From NCBI GenBank assembly GCA_002269645.1, contig NIVC01002687.1, forward strand, positions 62,001-126,000: 64,000 bases of DNA, in the 5' to 3' direction. Positions within the stretch are counted from its first letter, which is position 1. Every line of letters begins with the position of its first letter. The notes beneath the pieces were generated by a model, which was given only the letters and a program-made list of their open reading frames with translations, did no database searches and had not been told where the DNA came from. Of the stretch, positions 22,997-36,229 are shown one piece after another. This DNA comes from Macrostomum lignano (taxonomy: Eukaryota). Position numbers and translations under genes: made by a program.

Positions 22997-23918
22997 TAGG
23001 GATTCCAATCCCGGGATCCCGGGATCCCGGGATTGGGGCCAAAAATCCGGGATTTGAATCCCGGGATTTTTTTGGGAATCGAATCCCGGGATTTTTAATC
23101 CCGGGATTGCAAAAGTCCGGGATCGGGATCCCGGGATTTCAAGGCCTTAATCCCGGGATTGGTCCGGGATTAGAACAACCTTTCAATGCCTAAATTAGAT
23201 AATTTAAAGTCTAAACGTTTATTTGAATAATAAAACATTTATTTGTTTTTGCTGTTTCTCAATGAAACGCTAAACATTTGCAAAGCTCCTGTCCTAATTG
23301 ATCTAAAAATTGTTAATGTGAACTGTAAATGATAGATAATTTTAACTTTTTTCGTTTTCCACCACGAGACGAGACTGAGGGCCTTTTCATAGTGCTTGTT
23401 CTGGTTCCAGAAGCAGAACCAATTTGTGAAGTATAACTTTTTGTCTCCATAACTATAGGGAGATACGTGCTATAAAGTTTTTATTATTGAATGACAGTCG
23501 CCAAAAAGAAAGTGAAAAATCGTGCAAAGTGAGGCTGTTAAGGCAGTCAAATATTAACAGAGTTTAATAGTTATACTGCTGTTTTTCTTGGAATTCCGAA
23601 CCGATTCTGGTTCTGGAATTGGTAACATGAAAAGGCCCTGAGACTCTGAGAGTCGCGAGACCATGACTACTGCACGCGGCACGCCGCACAGTCCGTCTTA
23701 GGATTCCAATCCCGGGATCCCGGGATCCCGGGATTGGGGCCAAAAATCCGGGATTTGAATCCCGGGATTTTTTTTGGAATCGAATCCCGGGATTTTTAAT
23801 CCCTGGATTGCAAAAGCACCGGGATTCCAGGATTTTGAATCCCGGGATTTCAACAGCATCGGGATTTCGGGACTATTCAATCCCGGGATTGTAAAATGTC
23901 GGGATTTTGGAATCCCTA
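22997..23918. mobile_element. hAT-type MITE (922 bp) inserted in layer A, containing an internal second copy of its left end (~23699)
   Basis: 8-bp TSD CTAGTGCT at 22989-22996 and 23919-23926. TIRs TAGGGATTCCAA and TTGGAATCCCTA, with many ATCCCGGGAT motifs. Confidence 0.9.
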
Positions 23919-24876
23919 CTAGTGCTGCCTCTAAGTCTGACCAACGACAGCAGTTGGAGTTTATCTATCCCTGCTGTCTTTCTAGACTGCACACTATATA
24001 GTGCACAGCACAGTGCACATGCACATGTACCATACCATCATAAATTAATCATAGGCCTAATATCTTGCTTTTTATGATTTTAATAACTCAGTTTCCACTT
24101 TTCACATTTCAATATTTAAATTCCAAATCCCAACATAATCCCAACTTCCAATCCTAGGATCCCATAGGGCCTAATACCAAAAAATGTCTAAATCTTGGGA
24201 TTTCAAGATCCGAAGATCCTGGGATTGCAACCTCTACTGTCATAGCCTATGGAATAGCCATAGGATGAACAAACTAGCCCTAGGCCTATCAATATCATGT
24301 CATCTCTATATTGGCCTATTTATTAGACCTACTATTGGAAGTCTTCATAATTAAAATTTGATTTCTGAATCAATCTGCACTACAAATATTAATTTATAGC
24401 CTCATAGGACATAGTCTATTCTAAGAGTATAACTAGATATTTGTTCATAATAATATGCATAACATGGTAATATTATATATCTGAAAGACCTTAAGTTATG
24501 CACTATAATAAAAAGTGGCTTTAAGAAAACTATATGCCAATGTCTGCCAAAAATAATTTTCCTTAAAATGTATGCCATGCTGAAAAGTTGCAAAAGATAA
24601 ATATGTGAACAAAATAAATAAAATGATAATTTGTTGTTTTACCTTCAAACTATTTTTCCCTTAAGCCAATTTGGTCAACTACATTTATTGCCAAAAATAG
24701 CAAAGGGCATATTAATTAATTAAAGTGTATATAGACTATTTCTTAGAAAACATAAGCATTAACCCTTAAGACTTAAGTCTTTGACCCCAGGGACTTTAGA
24801 GTTCCCTTCACAAAAGGTACAAGCTACCATTATCATCTCAATGCATTGTCACATTATATGTGATGCATTAAATTTG

Positions 24877-27337
24877 ATGGCAAAGGCCAAGACAAAAGCC
24901 TCTAGGAGAGGCAATCATGCTGACAATGGGACAAAGAAAAGCAGCATTTCTGCCTGGCTCATGCCAGGTGCAGCTGTAGCAATTGTCGCCATCTGCTTTG
25001 GAATTTGCTACCAAAATTTTGCCAAAGCCACCATCAGAAATGAACAAGTTGTGCTAGCACCTGCCAATCAGTCGTTTATTGAACCAACTCAAAGGCAGTT
25101 CGAGTGTGCCAAAGCCTACACAGCCGAGCTGAGGCGCCTGCGACCCGACTGCCTGCCAGCCAGCTGCGGTCGATTCGTTCATGACGGCATCGCCACTGAG
25201 GCTGAGGCTGCGGCCCTGCTGGCACTGGCCAAGCGAGGCTTCGCTCTGGGTGGCGGATCTGGTGGGGCCACCATTCTGGATCTGCACTCCGGAGCTCTGT
25301 CTCTGGGACAGAAGTTTGTTAATGTCTACACTGTGGACGGCAGAAATGGTTAGTCACATTGCTTTCCATTATTTTCTTTTGTGTTTCAGTAGCGTTCCTG
25401 CTTGCCATTGTTGTAGTAGCTTCCATTAGTAGCTTCCCACTCTCCCTGTAGTTTCCCACTCTCTCTGTAGTTTCCCACTCTCCCTGTAGTTTCCCACTCT
25501 CTCTGTAGTTTCCCACTCTCTCTGTAGTTTCCCACTCTCTCTGTAGTTTCCCACTCTCTCTGTAGTTTCCCACTCTGTGAAGTTTCCCACTCTCTGTAGT
25601 TTCCCACTCTCCCTGTAGTTTCCCACTCTCCCTGTAGTTTCCCACTCTCCCTGTAGTTTCCCACTCTCTCTGTAGTTTCCCACTCTCCCTGTAGTTTCCC
25701 ACTCTCTCTGTAGTTTCCCACTCTCTCTGTAGTTTCCCACTCTCCCTGTAGTTTCCCACTCTCTCCGTAGTTTCCCACTCTCCCTGTAGTTTCCCACTCT
25801 CTCTGTAGTTTCCCACTCATACATGTGCAACCTCCAAAATTCGGTCAGCCGTGCGACTTAGTTTTAACAAAAATGCGACGTAGTTTTTGGCCAAAAATGC
25901 GACTTACATATAAAAAAACCCGAAAGCAAAATTAACACAACTTTGGGTAAACGGCAGGAGTAACTATGACTGTTTTATTAAGCTAAAATGCCTCGTCAGC
26001 TACTTAGTACTACTACTCGGGTTATTTTTTGGGTGGGCATTTTTGCGACTTCCTTGATTGGCCGCCAAATCGGTCGGCCGGATCGGCCGACTCGGCCGAC
26101 TGTTGCGCATGTATGTTCCCACTCTCCCTGTAGTTTCCCACTCTCCCTGTAGTTTCCCACTCTCCCTGTAGTTTCCCACTCTCTCTGTAGTTTCCTGCTC
26201 TCTCTGTAGTTTCCCACTCTCCCTGTAGTTTCCCACTCTCCCTGTAGTTTCCCACTCTGTAGTTTCCCACTCTCCCTGTAGTTTCCCACTCTCCCTGTAG
26301 TTTCCCACTCTCTCTGTAGTTTCCTGCTCTCTCTGTAGTTTCCCACTCTCCCTGTAGTTTCCCACTCTCCCTGTAGTTTCCCACTCTCTCTGTAGTTTCC
26401 CACTCTCCCTGTAGTTTCCCACTCTCCCTGTAGTTTCCCACTCTCCCTGTAGTTTCCCACTCTCCCTGTAGTTTCCCACTCTCCCTGTAGTTTCCCACTC
26501 TCTCTGTAGTTTCCCACTCTCCCTGTAGTTTCCCACTCTCCCTGTAGTTTCCCACTCTCCCTGTAGTTTCCCACTCTCTCTGTAGTTTCCTGCTCTCTCT
26601 GTAGTTTCCCACTCTCCCTGTAGTTTCCCACTCTCCCTGTAGTTTCCCACTCTCTCTGTAGTTTCCCACTCTGTAGTTTCCCACTCTCCCTGTAGTTTCC
26701 CACTCTCTCTGTAGTTTCCCACTCTCTCTGTAGTTTCCCACTCTCTCTGTAGTTTCCCACTTTGTAGTTTCCCACTCTCCCTGTAGTTTCCCACTCTCTC
26801 TGTAGTTTCCCACTTACACGGCCCAGCTAAAATTTCCCTCAACCATTTCGCCCCAACCACTCAGGAGGTCGCGGGTTCGCGCCCACCGAATCGGAGCGGC
26901 GCCTGTACGCAGGCGTGGTGAACCGCATTCGCCTGGCGGTGGCCGCCGCATTCAAAGTGTCCAACGCCGAATCGTTGCGATTGACTAAGCCGACGTTCTT
27001 CTCCAGATTAACGTCGGCCGAAGCTCGCACCCAGCACGACGAGTACTGGCACTCGCACGTGGACAAGGACACCTACGGCAGCTTTCACTACACGTCCCTG
27101 CTCTACCTGGCCAATTACGGCACAGATTTCACCGGCGGTCGGTTTCTATTTTTAGACTCCAACGGCACTTCCACGGCGTTTGTTGAGCCGCGAACTGGCC
27201 GAGTGTCAGCCTTCACGTCCGGGTCAGAGAACACCCATAGGGTTGAGCGGGTCACCAACGGGCAGAGGTTCGCGCTCACCATAGCCTTCACCTGCGACCC
27301 GGCTGCGGCAATTGATGCTAGTGCCATGGGCGGCTGA
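24877..27337 (+). CDS. OGFOD3: 2-oxoglutarate/Fe(II)-dependent oxygenase domain-containing protein 3 (314 aa)
   Basis: Exons 24877-25348 and 26865-27337 (phase 1). N-terminal transmembrane segment AAVAIVAICFGICY. Motifs TILDLHSGALS, HDEYWHSHVDKDTYGSFHYTSLLYL, FTSGSENTHRVERV and RFALTIAFTC match OGFOD3 (HxD...H...R). Confidence 0.92.
25430..26815. repeat. 19-bp minisatellite (GTAGTTTCCCACTCTCYCT) filling the OGFOD3 intron
   Basis: Direct 19-bp periodicity; the pseudo-ORFs have a 19-aa period. Confidence 0.97.
25822..26111. mobile_element. 290-bp MITE with TA flanks (Tc1/mariner-like) within the 19-bp array
   Basis: TA|CATGTGCAAC ... GTTGCGCATG|TA at 25820-25831 and 26102-26113. Confidence 0.6.
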
Positions 27338-27750
27338 TCTGATCAGTCTGGTTGGGTGTGGGATCAGTCAGGTTGGGGGTGGGATCAGTCTGGTTGGGGA
27401 TGGGATCAGTCTGGTTGGGGGTGGGATCAGTCTGGTTGGGGGATGGGATCAGTCTGGTTGGGGGATGGGATCAGTGTGGTTGGGGATGGGATCAGTCTGG
27501 TTGGGGATGGGATCAGTCTGGTTGGGGTGGGATCAGTCTGGTTGGGGGATGGGATCAGTCTGGTTGGGGGATGGGATCAGTGTGGTTGGGGTGGGATCAG
27601 TCTGGTTGGGGGATGGGATCAGTCTGGTTGGGGGTGGGATCAGTCTGGTTGGGGGTGGGATCAGTCTGGTTGGGGGATGGGATCAGTGTGGTTGGGGATG
27701 GGATCAGTCTGGTTGGGGGATGGGATCAGTCTGGTTGGGGGTAGGATCAG
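27338..27750. repeat. 21-23-bp G-rich minisatellite starting at the OGFOD3 stop codon
   Basis: About 18 copies of GGGATCAGTCTGGTTGGGG(G)AT. Confidence 0.95.
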
Positions 27751-28344
27751 TCTGATAGGGACTTAAGCTTAATATGGATCCTGATGTATTCTTTAGAAAC
27801 ATTGTTGATTTGCGGCATCTCCTACTGTTAGTAGAGCATCGATTCACGAAATTGTGGTTGTAAAATCGCCTAAAATCGTTCCTGTGTTTTGCTAGTTGCT
27901 TGCTTGTTCCTTTTTTCTAGTCATTCTAGTTAGTTATTTTTAGTATATGGGATAGCTTTTTGTCTTGATCGATTTCTGTCTACCAACCCCAAAATTGAAC
28001 CATTGGGCTCATGAAATTTCTTAGCATCGGAATATGTCTGTCTGAGATGTTTTTGTTATTTTCAAAAATTCTCTTTGAGTCAGGATGCAGTTGAGCGCTT
28101 TAATTAATCAATCGTATTGGTTTTGTTTTATTAAACTCTGAGTTAGTAGTTCTCAAATTGTACGCGTCAGTGCATATAAAGTGCCAATGTAAGCTCAAAG
28201 TTTATTGACCATTACATCATAGTTTAAATATTTTACTGCACGAAGAGTTCAGTCGCTTGACCATCTTGACAAAAATACAAGCCTGTCTTGTGACTCTTGT
28301 GTCTCTGTCTTTTGCACCAAAGACTTGTACGACTATGGCACCGT

Positions 28345-29820
28345 CCGCCTCCCAGATCCTCAGTTGCTGGGCCAGCCTCCCAGATCCCCAGTTGCTGGGC
28401 CAGCCCCCCAGATCCCCAGTTGCTGAGCCAGCCTCCCAGATCCCCAGTTGCTAGGCCGGCCTCTCCAATCCTCAGTTGCTAGGCCAGCCTCTCAGATCCC
28501 CAGTTGCTGAGCCAGCCTCCCAGATCCCAGTTGCTGGGCCAGCCTCCCAGATCCCCAGTTGCTGGGCCAGCCTCCCAGATCCCCAGTTGCTGGGCCAGCC
28601 TCCCAGATCCCCAGTTGCTAGGCCGGCCTCTCCAATCCTCAGTTGCTGGGCCAGCCTCTCAGATCCCCAGTTGCTGAGCCAGCCTCCCAGATCCCAGTTG
28701 CTGGGCCAGCCTCCCAGATCCTCAGTTGCTGGGCCAGCCTCCCAGATCCCCGGTTGCTGGGCCAGCCTCCCAGATCCTCAGTTGCTAGGCCAGCCTCCCA
28801 GATCCCAGTTGCTAGGCCAGCCTCCCAGATCCCCAGTTGCTGGGCCAGCCCCCCAGATCCCCAGTTGCTGAGCCAGCCTCCCAGATCCCCAGTTGCTAGG
28901 CCGGCCTCTCAAATCCTCAGTTGCTGGGCCAGCCTCTCAGATCCCCAGTTGCTGGGCCAGCCCCCCAGATCCCCAGTTGCTGAGCCAGCCTCCCAGATCC
29001 CCAGTTGCTAGGCCGGCCTCTCCAATCCTCAGTTGCTGGGCCAGCCTCTCAGATCCCCAGTTGCTGAGCCAGCCTCCCAGATCCCAGTTGCTGGGCCAGC
29101 CTCCCAGATCCTCAGTTGCTGGGCCAGCCTCCCAGATCCCAGTTGCTGGGCCAGCCTCCCAGATCCTCAGTTGCTAGGCCAGCCTCCCAGATCCCAGTTG
29201 CTGGGCCAGCCTCCCAGATCCCCAGTTGCTGGGCCAGCCCCCCAGATCCCCAGTTGCTGAGCCAGCCTCCCAGATCCCCAGTTGCTAGGCCGGCCTCTCA
29301 AATCCTCAGTTGCTGGGCCAGCCTCTCAGATCCCCAGTTGCTGAGCCAGCCTCCCAGATCCCAGTTGCTGGGCCAGCCTCCCAGATCCCCAGTTGCTGGG
29401 CCAGCCTCCCAGATCCCCAGTTGCTGGGCCAGCCTCCCAGATCCCCAGTTGCTAGGCCGGCCTCTCCAATCCTCAGTTGCTGGGCCAGCCTCTCAGATCC
29501 CCAGTTGCTAGGCCGGCCTCTCCAATCCTCAGTTGCTGGGCCAGCCTCTCAGATCCCCAGTTGCTGAGCCAGCCTCCCAGATCCCAGTTGCTGGGCCAGC
29601 CTCCCAGATCCTCAGTTGCTGGGCCAGCCCCCCAGATCCCCAGTTGCTGAGCCAGCCTCCCAGATCCTCAGTTGCTAGGCCAGCCTCCCAGATCCCCAGT
29701 TGCTGGGCCAGCCTCTCAGATCCTCAGTTGCTGGGCCAGCCTCCCAGATCCTCAGTTGCTAGGCCAGCCTCCCAGATTCCCGGTTGCTGGGCCGGCCTCC
29801 CAGATCCCCGGTTGCTAGGC
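28345..29820. repeat. 27-28-bp minisatellite (GCCTCCCAGATCCCCAGTTGCTGGGCCA), ~50 copies with higher-order blocks
   Basis: Direct periodicity. Confidence 0.97.
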
Positions 29821-30584
29821 TGTCTGTGCTTTTATTTTGCAATTCGCTGATGGCATTTACAACCCAGTGCCCAGCCCTGGCTGATTGCCGCACAATTTTT
29901 TTATTAAAAATGCTATGCTATGCCGAACTGAATATCGGAAGGAGCGTCAACTCATCTGTCTGACTGCCTTTTGCGGTCCGGCTTTTTAATTCCTCCTCTT
30001 TCACTCTGATCCCGGGCGATTATCCCATGGGATTTGAGTGAAAATCCGCAGCTGCATCGGGCATCAGCCATGGTAAGACGAGAGTCGAGTGGACAGACAG
30101 TGGATGGAATATCTAGGAAATAAATATAGTGGAGTTTATCCGCTCAGCCTGGACTGTCTGCCACAGCTTATGCTAGAGGTTATGGTCGTTCATTTTCCTC
30201 GGCCACGTGCACAAGAATTTCAATATAAGACATTTACCAGTACTATAATCACGTAATAAGTTCATCAATTCTTATATAAGACATATAATCCATCTACCTG
30301 GGTATGTTAATTGGTGCCTTTCCGTTGCAATAAACCTACAGTTAAGACCAACAACCGGAAGTGCGCCGCGCTTACACTTTCGTTTCCAATTTCGTCTGGG
30401 CTCTCCTTTCCTGGAGGCCTTTCAGTTCCGATGAAGGGCTTGTAGGGCAGGCAGACCTGCAGTGTCATCTTCCTAGCTCAGTTACTGCCACTTTTACTGA
30501 TTATAATGTTCTTAAAATAGTTCTTTCGTTTCAATATTTGTTAAGGTTTTCTTAAGTCTAGTTTATTGTTTTAGTATACATTGG

Positions 30585-30851
30585 GCTGTCTGTCTGTGAC
30601 TCACTTCCTGTCTGTGACTCACTTCCTGTCTGTGACTCACTTCCTGTCTGTGACTCACTTCCTGGCTGTGACTCACTTTCTGGCTGTGACTCACTTCCTG
30701 TCTGTGACTCACTTCCTGGCTGTGACTCACTTCCTGTCTGTGACTCACTTCCTGGCTGTGACTCACTTCCTGGCTGTGACTCACTTCCTGTCTGTGACTC
30801 ACTTCCTGTCTGTCTCACTGACTGTCTGTCGTCTGTCTGTGACTCACTTCC

Positions 30852-30897
<46 letters not shown>

Positions 30898-30972
30898 GTC
30901 TATTTGTCTATTTTTCTGTCTGCATGTCTGTCCGTCTATCTATTTGTCTGTCCGTGTCTGTCTGTCTGTATA

Positions 30973-31025
<53 letters not shown>

Positions 31026-31026
31026 G

Positions 31027-31071
<45 letters not shown>

Positions 31072-31165
31072 TAGTGTCTGTCTTAGTGTCTTTCTGTCTG
31101 TGACTCACTTCCTGTCTGTCTCACTGACTGACTGTCTGTCTGCCTGTCTGTCTGCCTGGCTGTCC

Positions 31166-31233
<68 letters not shown>

Positions 31234-31308
31234 TGTCTGCCTGTCTTGTCTGCCTGTCTGTCTGTCTGTCCGTCTGTCTGTCTGCCTGTCTGTCTGTCTG
31301 TCTGTATA

Positions 31309-31343
<35 letters not shown>

Positions 31344-31355
31344 GCCTGGCTGTCC

Positions 31356-31411
<56 letters not shown>

Positions 31412-31625
31412 TGTCTGCCTGTCTTGTCTGCCTGTCTGTCTGTCTGTCCGTCTGTCTGTCTGCCTGTCTGTCTGTCTGTATGTCTGTCTGTCTTTGTGTC
31501 TGCCTGTCTGTATGTCTGTCTGTCTGTCTGTCTTAGTGCCTGTCTTAGTGTCTGTCTGTCTGTCTTTGTGTCTGCCTGTCTGTCTGTCTGTCCGTCTGTC
31601 TGCCTGTCTGTCTGTCTGCCTGTCC

Positions 31626-31657
<32 letters not shown>

Positions 31658-31710
31658 TGTCTGCCTGTCTGTCTGTCTGTCTGTCTGCCTGTCTGTCTGC
31701 CTGGCTGTCC

Positions 31711-31754
<44 letters not shown>

Positions 31755-31951
31755 TGTCTGCCTGTCTGTCTGCCTGTCCGTCTGTTTGTCTGCCTGTCTG
31801 TCTGTCTGTATGTCTGCCTGTCTGTCTTTGTGTTTGCCTGTCTGTATGTCTGTCTGTCTTAGTGCCTGTCTTAGTGTCTGTCTGTCTGTCTTTGTGTCTG
31901 CCTGTCTGTCTGTCTGTCCGTCTGTCTGCCTGTCTGTCTGTCTGCCTGTCC

Positions 31952-32015
<64 letters not shown>

Positions 32016-32342
32016 TGTCTGCCTGTCCGTCTGTCTGTCTGCCTGTCTGTCTGTGTATGTCTGTCTGTCTGTCTGTCTGTCTGTCTTTGTGTCTGCCTGT
32101 CTGTATGTCTGTCTGTCTGTCTGTCTGTCTTAGTGCCTGTCTTAGTGTTTGTCTGTCTGTCTTTGTGTCTGCCTGTCTGTCTGTCTGTCCGTCTGTCTGC
32201 CTGTCTGTCTGTCTGCCTGTCCGTCTGTCTGTCTGTCTGTCTGTCTGTCTGCCTGTCTGTCTGTCTGTCTGTCTGTCAGTCTGTCTGTCTGTCTGTCTGT
32301 CTTAGTGTCTGTCTGCCTGTCTGTCTGTCTGTCTGCCTGTCC

Positions 32343-32374
<32 letters not shown>

Positions 32375-32415
32375 GCCTGTCCGTCTGTCTGTCTGTCTGC
32401 CTGTCTGTCCGTCTA
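30585..32415. repeat. 18-bp array (CTGTGACTCACTTCCTGT, ~30590-30850) followed by a long degenerate (TGTC)n microsatellite
   Basis: Direct periodicity; the LSVC-type ORFs are artefacts. Confidence 0.97.
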
Positions 32416-32829
32416 CCTTGTGCGCAATGCAGGCAGCTCTCAAAATATTTTTGTCACCCACCGCCTTGACCGATTCTACTTTCGTAACAGGCATCTACCA
32501 AGCTCAAACATGACTAACACAAATGATACTAGATAAACACTGCTAAGTAAGCCTAACTGCGGGAGCCCTCTTATAAGATTCAAGGCAAAGTCTTACTTGG
32601 CTTGTCTAATTCCACAGAGAGATCTTACCTTAGACTGTGTTGTCTGCCTTCCACTGCTGCCACATACACTGCGGCCACACTACTGCACTGGTCAATACAT
32701 ATGAACAGGGTTTCTAGCTAAATCGGTATATCAATAAAGAAAATTACTTTGAGTTCGTCTATAATTATGTGAAGAGCATTTTAGAGTATATAGAAGGGTG
32801 CCATTTTTATAATTGATGGGATGGGATAC

Positions 32830-33380
32830 ATTGGATGTCTTTATTTGTCTCTGGCTATTCATTTGATGTTTGTATCATGTGTATTATTAGTTATTTTATG
32901 TTTGTATCATGTCTTTTATTTGTTAATTGATGTGTGTATAATGCGTTTTATTAGATATTTTATGTGTGTATCATGCGCTCTATTAGTTAGTTGATTTGTG
33001 CATCATGTTATTGGATTTGTGTATCATGTGTATTATTATTAATTTGATGTGTGCATCATGTGTAATATTATTAATTTGATGTGTGCATCATGTGTATTAT
33101 TATTAATTTGATGCGTGCATCATGTGTATTATTATTAATTTGATGTGTGCATCATGTGTATCATTAGTCATTTGATGTGTGCATCATGTGTATCATTAGT
33201 CATTTGATGTGTGCATCATGTGTATCATTAGTCATTTGATGTGTGCATCATGTGTATCATTAGTCATTTGATGTGTGCATCATGTGTATCATTAGTCATT
33301 TGATGTGTGCATCATGTGTATTATTAGTCATTTGATGTGTGCATCATGTGTATCATTAGTCATTTGATGTGTGCATTATA
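32830..33380. repeat. 32-bp minisatellite (GCATCATGTGTATCATTAGTCATTTGATGTGT), degenerate toward the left
   Basis: Period of 32 bp at 33181/33213. Confidence 0.93.
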
Positions 33381-33929
33381 TTTGATTAGCTCTGCATGAG
33401 CTGATACAACATAATTAGCCCGCATATTGGTGTATGATAATTAATAATTTACAATTCGCAGCGGATGCAGAAACGGGCAGGAGAGCTCCTAGGCTCAGCA
33501 ATGATTAATGAAAGGTGCATCTCGAATCCCAAACTGGTAGGCTAAAGTCTCTTGTTAAGAAGGGCTTAAGAAGCGCCCAACTCTCGATCGCGTTACAGTT
33601 ACCTGGGGCTTGTCTCAAGATTGCCCTTCCCCAGGCGCAGAGTCTGTTGTTAACAGCTAGTTAGCAAGGATTCCATTTACACCGGTTTCCAATGGCAACC
33701 CGAAGATTGCGCTCCAATCTGAGCAGCATTGTGTCGAATAGAGGAGCTATTTTTATTGCCAGCAATAGGCTCGCCGGCTGGCGGTTTCATTAGGGTTTTG
33801 CAACAAGAAGAGGGAACCATCGAACGGAGTGAAAAACTTTCATAGTTTGGATTCGCGACTAATGAGAAACCGGCCGCTGGACCGCCTGCCGTGCGAGCGG
33901 TCTATTAGTCTTTATTCCCCCTTGCCTTT

Positions 33930-34630
33930 CTTTACTCTTGTCTCGCTATTCTCTCTTATCTCTCTGTCCTCTCTCTTGTCTCTCTGTTCTCTCTCTTGTC
34001 TATTCTCTCTCCTGTCTCTCTATTCTCTCTCTTGTCTCTCTATTCTCTCTTGTCTATTCTCTCTCCTGTCTCTCTATTCTCTCTCCCGTCTCTATTCTCT
34101 ATTCTCTCTCTTGTCTCTCTATTCTCTCTCTTGTCTATTCTCTCTCCTGTCTCTCTATTCTCTCTATTGTCTCTATTCTCTCTCCTGTCTCTATTCTCTA
34201 TTCTCTCTCCTGTCTCTATTCTCTATTCTCTCTCTTGTCTCTCTGTCCTCTCTCTTGTCTCTCTATTCTCTCTCCTGTCTCTCTATTCTCCCTCTTGTCT
34301 ATTCTCTCTCTTGTCTCTCTATTCTCTCTTTTGTAACTCTATTCTCTCTCCTGTCTCTCTATTCTCTCTCCTGTCTCTCTATTCTCTCTCCTGTCTCTCT
34401 ATTCTCTCTCCTGTCTCTATTTTCTCTCTTGTCTCTCTATTCTCTCTCCTGTCTCTCTATTCTCTCTCTTGTCTCTCTATTCTCTCTCTTGTCTCTCTAT
34501 TCTTTCTTTTTTCTCTGTATGCCCTCTCGTCTCTCTATCTTGTCTGTCGATTTGGTCTCTCTTTATTTACTTTCTCCCTCCACCTCCCCTCCTTTCTTTA
34601 TCTCTGCTCTGTCTCTTCTAGCTATCTCTG
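33930..34630. repeat. CT-rich low-complexity repeat (TCTCTATTCTCTCTCYTG-like)
   Basis: Pyrimidine-rich degenerate periodicity. Confidence 0.9.
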
Positions 34631-35269
34631 ACTCTTATCTCTAACAGCCTTGTCAACTGGCACTTAAAAAGCCCCATAGAGTTCCAGGATTATTTAGTTA
34701 AAGTAATTTCATTATTAAAGCGACAACGCAGACTTAAGCCAAGACGTTCGTCTGCTAGAAAAAAAGGGAGTAGCGGGATAATTTCCGGAGAAACAGGCCA
34801 AGCGTGTGATAGAGCAAACCTAGCGATCAGTGCTATGCACGGAAGAAGTGAAAGCGGTAGACGGCTATCCGTACCCTCTAAGTAGTGTAAGTGGATCTGC
34901 TCAAACAGACACCGCCCAATCCGAGCCTTCTTCCACGGAGATAGAGATTAAGAGCGACGTGAGTCTCTCTAGAAAAAAAATGAAGCTTTAAAAGCCTCGA
35001 CCGAAGCAATCTCTCATTTGCGAGGCGGACGAGGTTCTTCTTAGCACTGCAGTCTCCAGTAAACGCGAGCTATCGGTCGTCTGTAGCTTGGCAACTGCAA
35101 ATAGCTGCTTGAACTGACCCGTATTGATTAGCTGAGACTGCAGCACTTCTTAGTGGATTTGGTTAAGATAGCTTTTCGGTAAGCTCCGCTCTTGCAACGC
35201 TTTTTGCACAATATTTTTGTCCCTTGTTATAACGCCTCTCTGGGACTTGTTTTAGCGCCTCTAGGGCGC

Positions 35270-35970
35270 TGATTTCGGTGCCTCTCTGATACTTATTTTG
35301 GCGCCTCTTTGACACTCATTTTGGCGCCTCTCTGATACTCATTTTGTCGCCTCTCTGATACTCATTTTGTCGCCTCTCTGATACTCATTTTGGCGCCTCT
35401 CTGATACTCATTTTGGTGCCTCTCTGACACTCATTTTGGCGCCCCTCTGACACTCATTTTGGCGCCTCTCTGACGCTCATTTTGGCCCCTGACTGATACT
35501 CATTTTGGCGCCTGACTGATACTCATTTTGGCGCCTGACTGATACTCATTTTGGCGCCTGACTGAGACTCATTTTGGCGCTTCTCTGATCCTCAGTTTGT
35601 CTCTTCTTTGACACTCATTTTGGCGCCTCTCTGACGCTCATTTTGGTGCCTCTCTGACACTCATTTTGGCGCCCCTCTGACACTCATTTGGGCGCCTCTC
35701 TGACGCTCATTTTGGCGCCTGACTGATACTCATTTTGGCGCCTGACTGATACTCATTTTGGCGCCTCTCTGACACTCATTTTGGCGCCCCTCTGACACTC
35801 ATTTTGGCGCCTCTCTGACGCTCATTTTGGCGCCCCTCTGACACTCATTTTGGCGCCTCTCTGACACTCATTTTGGCGCCTCTCTGACGCTCATTTTGGC
35901 GCCTCTCTGACGCTCATTTTGGCGCCTCTCTGACATCTAATTTGTCTCTTCTCTGATACTCATTTTGGCG
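35270..35970. repeat. 23-bp minisatellite (CTCATTTTGGCGCCTCTCTGACA)
   Basis: About 28 direct copies. Confidence 0.95.
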
Positions 35971-36229
35971 CCTCTTTGCCTGTTTTACGCGATTGGTTAC
36001 GAGATAAAAGTAAACCGATACTCGTAAAGGCCTACCAATAGAAGCAGTGCAGGTTGCAGTTAGATCTATCAGAACCATCCCGACTTTTCTTGCTTTAACT
36101 GACATTCCTCAGGTTTTCGTCTCATAGCACGCCAGCCAACCCTTCTGTGAGACTTGAGAAAAGTTTCAGTTTTGTCTTATTTATAATCAATGAATAAATC
36201 AACCACTGTAGTTAACCCACCCTATCAAG

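Larger units (their letters stand above)
4132..24236. mobile_element. Layer A: outermost non-autonomous hAT-like element (~1.1 kb after removing nested inserts)
   Basis: Imperfect TIRs TAGGGGTTGCAAAATCCC (4132) and GGGATTGCAACCTCTA (ends 24236). The flanks share CTGTCAT, or ACTGTCAT at 4124-4131 and 24236-24243 if the last TIR base is shared. Subterminal ATCC(C/T)GGGA motifs match those of the other hATs here. Confidence 0.65.

Noticed and set aside
25319-32513. Long ORFs in the track over the 19-, 21-, 28-, 18- and 4-bp arrays (e.g. 574-aa LSVC ORF, ESGKLQ repeats)
   Set aside because: Stop-free frames arise automatically from short tandem units. Several frames and strands are open at once, and the 19-bp array lies in a well-defined intron.
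33400-33900. Possible structured RNA or retroelement end (hairpin CCTGGGG...CCCCAGG)
   Set aside because: No recognisable RNA family motif, Pol III boxes or hammerhead core; one short stem is insufficient.
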